From: Hormoscilla sp.
Lineage (GTDB): Bacteria; Cyanobacteriota; Cyanobacteriia; Cyanobacteriales; Desertifilaceae
Direction: 5' to 3'
NCBI GenBank assembly: GCA_051439505.1
Contig: JBFRWI010000186.1
Span: 1-21,209 of the forward strand
Length of the DNA: 21,209 nt
The position numbers and the translations under genes are program-made. Within the stretch, counting starts at the first letter, position 1; each line of letters begins with the position of its first letter. Below, in pieces: positions 16,153 through 21,209 of the stretch. The notes beneath the pieces were generated by a model, which was given only the letters and a program-made list of their open reading frames with translations, did not search any database and was not told the origin of the DNA.

Positions 16153-19100
16153 ATGAACAAAAAGGAACTGCCAGGAAAACAAGGACTCTACGATCCACAA
16201 TTTGAACATGACGCCTGCGGTGTCGGGTTCATTGTCCATATGAAAGGACAGAAGTCACACGATATCGTCCAACAGGCCCTGACGATCCTTGTGAACCTAG
16301 ACCATCGAGGTGCCTGCGGTTGCGAACCAAACACCGGTGATGGCGCGGGTATTTTGATGCAAGTGCCCCACAAGTTCCTTGAGAAGGTGACTGCTGCGGA
16401 AAATATCACTCTGCCAGAACTGGGTCAATATGGGGTGGGGACGATCTACTGCTCCCCAGATCCGGCCACGCGCGCCAAGAGCCAACAGATTTTTGAAGCC
16501 ATTGTAGCAGAAGAGGGGCAGCAGATGCTCGGATGGCGGGATGTGCCGACGGACAACTCCGATCTCGGCAAGACGGCCAAAGCAAAGGAACCCAATGTGA
16601 TCCAGGTTTTCATCAAGCGGGCCCCAGACATCGCATCGGACTTAGCTTTTGAACGGAAGCTATACGTGATCCGCAAGCGTACACATGCTGCGATCCGCGA
16701 GGTGGTAGACCCCTATTGGTATGGGATCGGTCTCTCTTGCCGCACGCTTATATATAAAGGCATGCTGACGTCAGCGCAGGTGGATCGATATTATCCGGAT
16801 CTCCAGGATGCAGATATGGAAAGCGCCCTGGCCCTGGTCCATTCCCGGTTCAGTACGAATACATTGCCCAGTTGGGAACGCTCTCATCCCTATCGCTACA
16901 TCGCTCATAATGGGGAAATTAATACCCTGCGGGGCAATATTAATTGGATACACGCCCGGCAGTCGATGTTCTCTTCAGAGTTGTTCTCAGATGACCTGAC
17001 CAAAGTGCCGAATCTGATTAACGTCAATGGCAGCGACTCGGGTATTTTCGATAATACTATGGAACTGCTCGTCCTGGCCGGGCGATCGCTCCCCCATGCC
17101 ATGATGATGATGATACCGGAACCTTGGACGAACCACGAGTCCATGAGCGAGGAGAAGAAGGCATTCTATAAATATCACTCCTGTCTGATGGAACCCTGGG
17201 ATGGTCCGGCGTCGGTGGCCTTTACCGATGGCACGACCATCGGGGCGGTACTCGATCGCAATGGTTTGCGTCCCTCCCGCTATTACGTGACTAAGGACGA
17301 CCTAGTCATTATGGCATCGGAAGCAGGAGTGTTGCCCATAGAACCAGAACGAGTGGCCCACAAAGGTCGCTTGCAACCGGGGCGGATGTTCCTGGTAAAC
17401 ATGGAAGAGGGTCGCATCGTTGCGGACGAAGAACTCAAACAGCAGATCGTCACGGCCCATCCCTACCGCGAGTGGTTGGACAAATATCTAGTTCCTCTGG
17501 ATAATCTCAAAGATGGACCAGCATTAGAAGAGTTTGAGACTGCAACCCGCATCCAGCGCCAGATGGCCTTCGGTTATAGCTTCGAGGAACTGCGGATGCT
17601 GTTGACCCCCATGGCCCAGAATGGCGTGGAAGCTGTGGGTTCTATGGGTACGGATACGCCCCTGGCCGTGCTGTCCGATCGCCCGAAATTGCTGTACGAT
17701 TACTTCAAGCAATTGTTCGCTCAGGTGACGAACCCGCCCATCGATTCGATCCGGGAGGAGATTGTCACTTCGGCCCAGACGACCATTGGTTCGGAAAGCA
17801 ATTTGCTAGAACCGAAACCGGAAAGCTGCCATTTGATCGAACTGCCAACCCCGATCGTTACTAATGCCGAACTGAACAAACTGAAGCACGTCAGCGAAGG
17901 TAAATTCAAGTCCATTACCATGCCCATTCTCTTCGATCCGAAGCAGGGGGTTAAGGGTCTGGAAACGGTGATGTCTGAGATTTGTGGGCAGGCCGATCGG
18001 GCGATCGCGGAGGGAGTAAATATTATCATTCTCAGCGATCGGGGAGTAAGTCCAGAACGGGCTCCGATCCCGGCCCTGTTAGCAGTTGCGGGCCTGCATC
18101 ACCACCTGATCCGAGAAGGAACGCGCACGCGGGTGGGTCTGGTATTGGAATCAGGAGAACCCCGGGAAGTACATCATTTTGCTGTATTGATTGGTTTCGG
18201 CTGTGGGGCCATAAATCCCTATATGGCTTTTGAGACGATCGATGAGATGATTAAAGATCGCTTGCTGACGGATATCGATTATAAAACCGCTTGCAAGAAT
18301 TATATCAAAGCTGTCACCAAGGGCGTGGTCAAGATTGCTTCTAAGATTGGCATCTCGACTATTCAAAGCTATCGAGGGGCCCAGATTTTTGAGGCGATCG
18401 GGCTGAACGAAGCAGTCATAGATAAATACTTCACTTGGACGTCTTCCCGGATCGAAGGGGTAGGTCTAGATGTAATCGCTCAAGAAACGATTTTACGCCA
18501 CGCCCATGCTTTCCCCGATCGGCCTGCTAACGGCCATACCCTGGATGCGGGGGGAGAATATCAGTGGCGCAAGGATGGGGAACGACATCTGTTCAGTCCC
18601 GAGACGATTCATGCTTTGCAACAGGCAGTGCGGGAAGACAGTTACGATCTGTACAAGCAATATGCAAAGCTGATTAACGAGCAGGATAGCAAGCACTTTA
18701 CTCTGCGGGGACTGTTGGAATTTAAATCAGATCGCGAACCAGTACCTTTAGAAGAAGTGGAACCCATCGAGGCCATCATGAAGCGGTTCAAAACCGGGGC
18801 CATGAGCTATGGATCTATTTCTAAGGAGGCCCACGAAACTCTGGCGATCGCCATGAACCGGATCGGCGGCAAGTCCAATACTGGAGAAGGCGGGGAAGAT
18901 CCCGAACGCTACCGCTGGACGAACGATCTAGGAGACTCGAAGAATAGTGCCATCAAGCAGGTAGCATCGGGTCGCTTTGGAGTCACGAGTCTGTACCTAT
19001 CCAAGGCGAAGGAATTGCAAATTAAGATGGCCCAGGGTGCGAAGCCCGGTGAAGGGGGACAACTGCCCGGTCGCAAGGTCTATCCCTGGATCGCGAAGGT

Positions 19101-20739
19101 GCGTCACTCTACCCCTGGCGTAGGTTTAATCTCGCCCCCACCTCACCACGATATCTATTCCATCGAAGACTTGGCAGAGTTGATCCACGACCTGAAAAAT
19201 GCCAACCGCGAGGCCCGTATTAACGTCAAGCTGGTGTCGGAAGTAGGAGTGGGGACCGTGGCCGCTGGGGTAGCAAAAGCCCATGCGGACGTAGTGCTAA
19301 TTTCTGGCTTCGATGGAGGTACGGGTGCGTCGCCCCAGACTTCCATTAAACATGCAGGTTTGCCTTGGGAACTGGGCGTGGCGGAAACTCACCAAACCCT
19401 ATTGCTGAATAACCTCCGCAGTCGCATTGTGGTGGAGACTGACGGTCAACTGAAGACGGGCCGAGATGTGGCGATCGCGGCCTTGCTGGGAGCCGAAGAA
19501 TTCGGTTTTTCCACAGCCCCTCTGGTAACATTAGGCTGCATCATGATGCGGGTCTGCCAAAAGAACACCTGTCCGGCAGGGATAGCTACCCAGAACCCGG
19601 AACTGCGCAAGAGTTTTATCGGCGACCCCCAATATACGGTCAACTTTATGCAGTTCATCGCCCAGGAACTGCGGGAAGTTATGGCCCAACTGGGTTTCCG
19701 CAGTCTGAATGAAATGGTGGGACGGACTGACGTGCTGGAAGCGAAGAAGGCCGTCGATCACTGGAAAGCCAAGGGTATTGACCTGTCCAAGATCCTCTAT
19801 CAGCCGGAAGTGGGACCGGAAGTAGGTCGCTACTGTCAGATACCCCAGGACCACGGCTTAGAGAAATCTTTGGACATGACGGTGCTGCTGGATCTGTGCA
19901 AACCTGCCATTGAAAAGGGCGAGAAGGTCAAAGCCACTCTACCGATTAAAAATATTAATCGGGTTGTGGGGACAATACTCGGCAATGAACTCACCAAGCG
20001 CCACCCGGAGGGACTGCCAGAAGATACAGTACATTTGCATTTCCAAGGGAGTGCGGGTCAGAGTTTCGGTGCCTTTGTGCCCAAGGGCGTCACTCTGGAA
20101 CTGGAAGGTGATGCTAATGACTACTTCGGCAAAGGTTTGAGTGGTGGCAAGATTATCATCTATCCCCCTGCTAACTCTACCTTTGTACCCGAGGAAAACA
20201 TTATTATCGGTAATGTAGCTTTCTACGGTGCTACTTCTGGTGAAGCTTACATTCATGGCGTGACAGGAGAACGTTTCTGCGTCCGGAACTCGGGAATACA
20301 TGCCGTTGTTGAGGCGATCGGGGATCATGGCTGCGAATATATGACTGGGGGTCAAGTGGTAGTCATCGGTCCGACGGGGCGCAACTTTGCTGCTGGCATG
20401 AGTGGTGGTGTAGCCTACGTTCTGGACGAACAGGGAGATTTTGCTACCCGTTGCAATACCCAGATGGCCGATATCGAAACCCTGGATGCAGAAGATCTTG
20501 AATCTGTACGTCAGGCAATTAGCAAGCACGCCGAGTATACTAAGAGTCAGAAAGCCCTTTCAATACTCGCCAACTGGACAGAAATAGCGCCGAAGTTCGT
20601 GAAGGTGATGCCGCGAGACTACAAGCGGGTGATCAAAGCATTAAAAGAAGCGCTGGAGTCTGGTTTGAGTGGAGACGATGCACTCAGTGCTGCTTTTGAA
20701 CAAAATGCTCGTGATGTGGCTCGTATTGGTGGTAGTTAA
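16153..20739 (+). CDS. gltB: Glutamate synthase large subunit (GltB type)
   Basis: 1528 aa. EHDA-CGVGF amidotransferase start, [44 protein letters not shown], [3Fe-4S] motif [13 protein letters not shown]-terminal GXGXG repeats. Confidence 0.97.
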   Translation: MNKKELPGKQGLYDPQFEHDACGVGFIVHMKGQKSHDIVQQALTILVNLDHRGACGCEPNTGDGAGILMQVPHKFLEKVTAAENITLPELGQYGVGTIYCSPDPATRAKSQQIFEAIVAEEGQQMLGWRDVPTDNSDLGKTAKAKEPNVIQVFIKRAPDIASDLAFERKLYVIRKRTHAAIREVVDPYWYGIGLSCRTLIYKGMLTSAQVDRYYPDLQDADMESALALVHSRFSTNTLPSWERSHPYRYIAHNGEINTLRGNINWIHARQSMFSSELFSDDLTKVPNLINVNGSDSGIFDNTMELLVLAGRSLPHAMMMMIPEPWTNHESMSEEKKAFYKYHSCLMEPWDGPASVAFTDGTTIGAVLDRNGLRPSRYYVTKDDLVIMASEAGVLPIEPERVAHKGRLQPGRMFLVNMEEGRIVADEELKQQIVTAHPYREWLDKYLVPLDNLKDGPALEEFETATRIQRQMAFGYSFEELRMLLTPMAQNGVEAVGSMGTDTPLAVLSDRPKLLYDYFKQLFAQVTNPPIDSIREEIVTSAQTTIGSESNLLEPKPESCHLIELPTPIVTNAELNKLKHVSEGKFKSITMPILFDPKQGVKGLETVMSEICGQADRAIAEGVNIIILSDRGVSPERAPIPALLAVAGLHHHLIREGTRTRVGLVLESGEPREVHHFAVLIGFGCGAINPYMAFETIDEMIKDRLLTDIDYKTACKNYIKAVTKGVVKIASKIGISTIQSYRGAQIFEAIGLNEAVIDKYFTWTSSRIEGVGLDVIAQETILRHAHAFPDRPANGHTLDAGGEYQWRKDGERHLFSPETIHALQQAVREDSYDLYKQYAKLINEQDSKHFTLRGLLEFKSDREPVPLEEVEPIEAIMKRFKTGAMSYGSISKEAHETLAIAMNRIGGKSNTGEGGEDPERYRWTNDLGDSKNSAIKQVASGRFGVTSLYLSKAKELQIKMAQGAKPGEGGQLPGRKVYPWIAKVRHSTPGVGLISPPPHHDIYSIEDLAELIHDLKNANREARINVKLVSEVGVGTVAAGVAKAHADVVLISGFDGGTGASPQTSIKHAGLPWELGVAETHQTLLLNNLRSRIVVETDGQLKTGRDVAIAALLGAEEFGFSTAPLVTLGCIMMRVCQKNTCPAGIATQNPELRKSFIGDPQYTVNFMQFIAQELREVMAQLGFRSLNEMVGRTDVLEAKKAVDHWKAKGIDLSKILYQPEVGPEVGRYCQIPQDHGLEKSLDMTVLLDLCKPAIEKGEKVKATLPIKNINRVVGTILGNELTKRHPEGLPEDTVHLHFQGSAGQSFGAFVPKGVTLELEGDANDYFGKGLSGGKIIIYPPANSTFVPEENIIIGNVAFYGATSGEAYIHGVTGERFCVRNSGIHAVVEAIGDHGCEYMTGGQVVVIGPTGRNFAAGMSGGVAYVLDEQGDFATRCNTQMADIETLDAEDLESVRQAISKHAEYTKSQKALSILANWTEIAPKFVKVMPRDYKRVIKALKEALESGLSGDDALSAAFEQNARDVARIGGS

Positions 20740-20876
20740 CCCGCAGGGGGTGTCCCACCCCTGCTAATAGCTCAAGTCGGTTACCAATGCGCGATCTTGC
20801 ACCATTCTCAATTGGTCTCCTGGCCCGCCGGGGGTTAAAACCCCCGGCTAATAGCTTAAGTGGGTTAAAACCCACT
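20740..20876 (+). repeat. Pair of hairpin-forming dispersed repeats downstream of gltB
   Basis: CCCGCAGGGGGTGTCCCACCCCTGCTAATAGCTCAAGTCGGTTA (20740-20783) and CCCGCCGGGGGTTAAAACCCCCGGCTAATAGCTTAAGTGGGTTAAAACCCACT (20824-20876). Confidence 0.75.
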
Positions 20877-20883
20877 CTCTACC

Positions 20884-20999
20884 GGGTGTGGTCAAAAGTC
20901 GTTGCGTAGGGTGGGCACCGCCCACCAGAAGCGGGCTTGGGGAAAATTTAAACACACAGTTGACAATAGCAGATGATGGGGTGTGGTCAAAAGTAGTTG
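20884..20999 (+). repeat. 21-bp direct repeat pair enclosing REP-like palindrome copy 5
   Basis: GGGTGTGGTCAAAAGT(C/A)GTTG at 20884-20904 and 20979-20999. GTAGGGTGGGCACCGCCCACC at 20906-20926. Confidence 0.75.
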
Positions 21000-21012
21000 A
21001 TAGTCATTTGTT

Positions 21013-21084
21013 GCCCTTCGGCCCTTCGGCCCTTCGGCCCTTCGGCCCTTCGGCCCTTCGGCCCTTCGGCCCTTCGGCCCTTCG
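21013..21084 (+). repeat. Perfect 8-bp tandem repeat (GCCCTTCG)x9
   Basis: Counted directly from the sequence. Confidence 0.95.
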
Positions 21085-21085
21085 G

Positions 21086-21209
21086 CTCACGCTCAGGGAC
21101 CACTCACGCTCAGGGACCACTCACGCTCAGGGACCACTCACGCTCAGGGACCACTCACGCTCAGGGACCACTCACGCTCAGGGACCACTCACGCTCAGGG
21201 ACCACTCAC
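21086..21209 (+). repeat. Perfect 17-bp tandem repeat (CTCACGCTCAGGGACCA)x7+, runs off the window
   Basis: Seven full units at 21086-21204 plus a partial unit, with no spacers. Confidence 0.95.

Larger units (their letters stand above)
1..21209. other. HIP1 octamer (GCGATCGC) dispersed throughout the window
   Basis: About twenty exact copies, e.g. near 314, 1005, 3571, 4623, 4962, 5842, 9936, 11063, 12746, 14691, 18001, 19471, plus many one-off CGATCG. This is a hallmark of cyanobacteria. Confidence 0.9.

Noticed and set aside
16153..20739. Ferredoxin-dependent glsF assignment, and antisense ORFs such as 19939-20529
   Set aside because: The termini ([18 protein letters not shown]) fit the cyanobacterial GltB type as I recall it. 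The antisense ORFs are shadows of a conserved gene. Absence of gltD cannot be judged because the window ends.
21086..21209. CRISPR array
   Set aside because: The 17-bp units are head to tail with no unique spacers, and there are no cas genes.

Overview
Cyanobacterial DNA, probably from a filamentous strain: HIP1 GCGATCGC is dense, and there are heptamer repeats and GTAG-type REP-like palindromes. Bases ~350-11430 hold two co-oriented minus-strand clusters of exported or membrane proteins built from COP23-domain proteins and trypsin-like (S1) serine proteases. Cluster A is COP23, protease, protease, COP23 lipoprotein. Cluster B is membrane Ser/Thr kinase, 84-aa membrane micro-protein, COP23, two-domain protease, protease, PsbP-like protein. 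The strongest signal is in cluster B: five consecutive proteins from four unrelated families all end in the same motif, [LI]-[PG]-x-C-x3-[LI]-[WYF]-G-x-C, within 1-6 residues of the stop. This suggests an undescribed shared periplasmic tag in a kinase/protease/COP23 system. Further right are two Rpn-like PD-(D/E)XK paralogues (one with a candidate internal start, one truncated), another PD-(D/E)XK-like gene, a LivJ-like substrate-binding protein, glutamate synthase large subunit gltB, and a repeat-rich tail with 8-bp and 17-bp tandem arrays that are not CRISPR. Family assignments come from motif recognition only; no searches were run.
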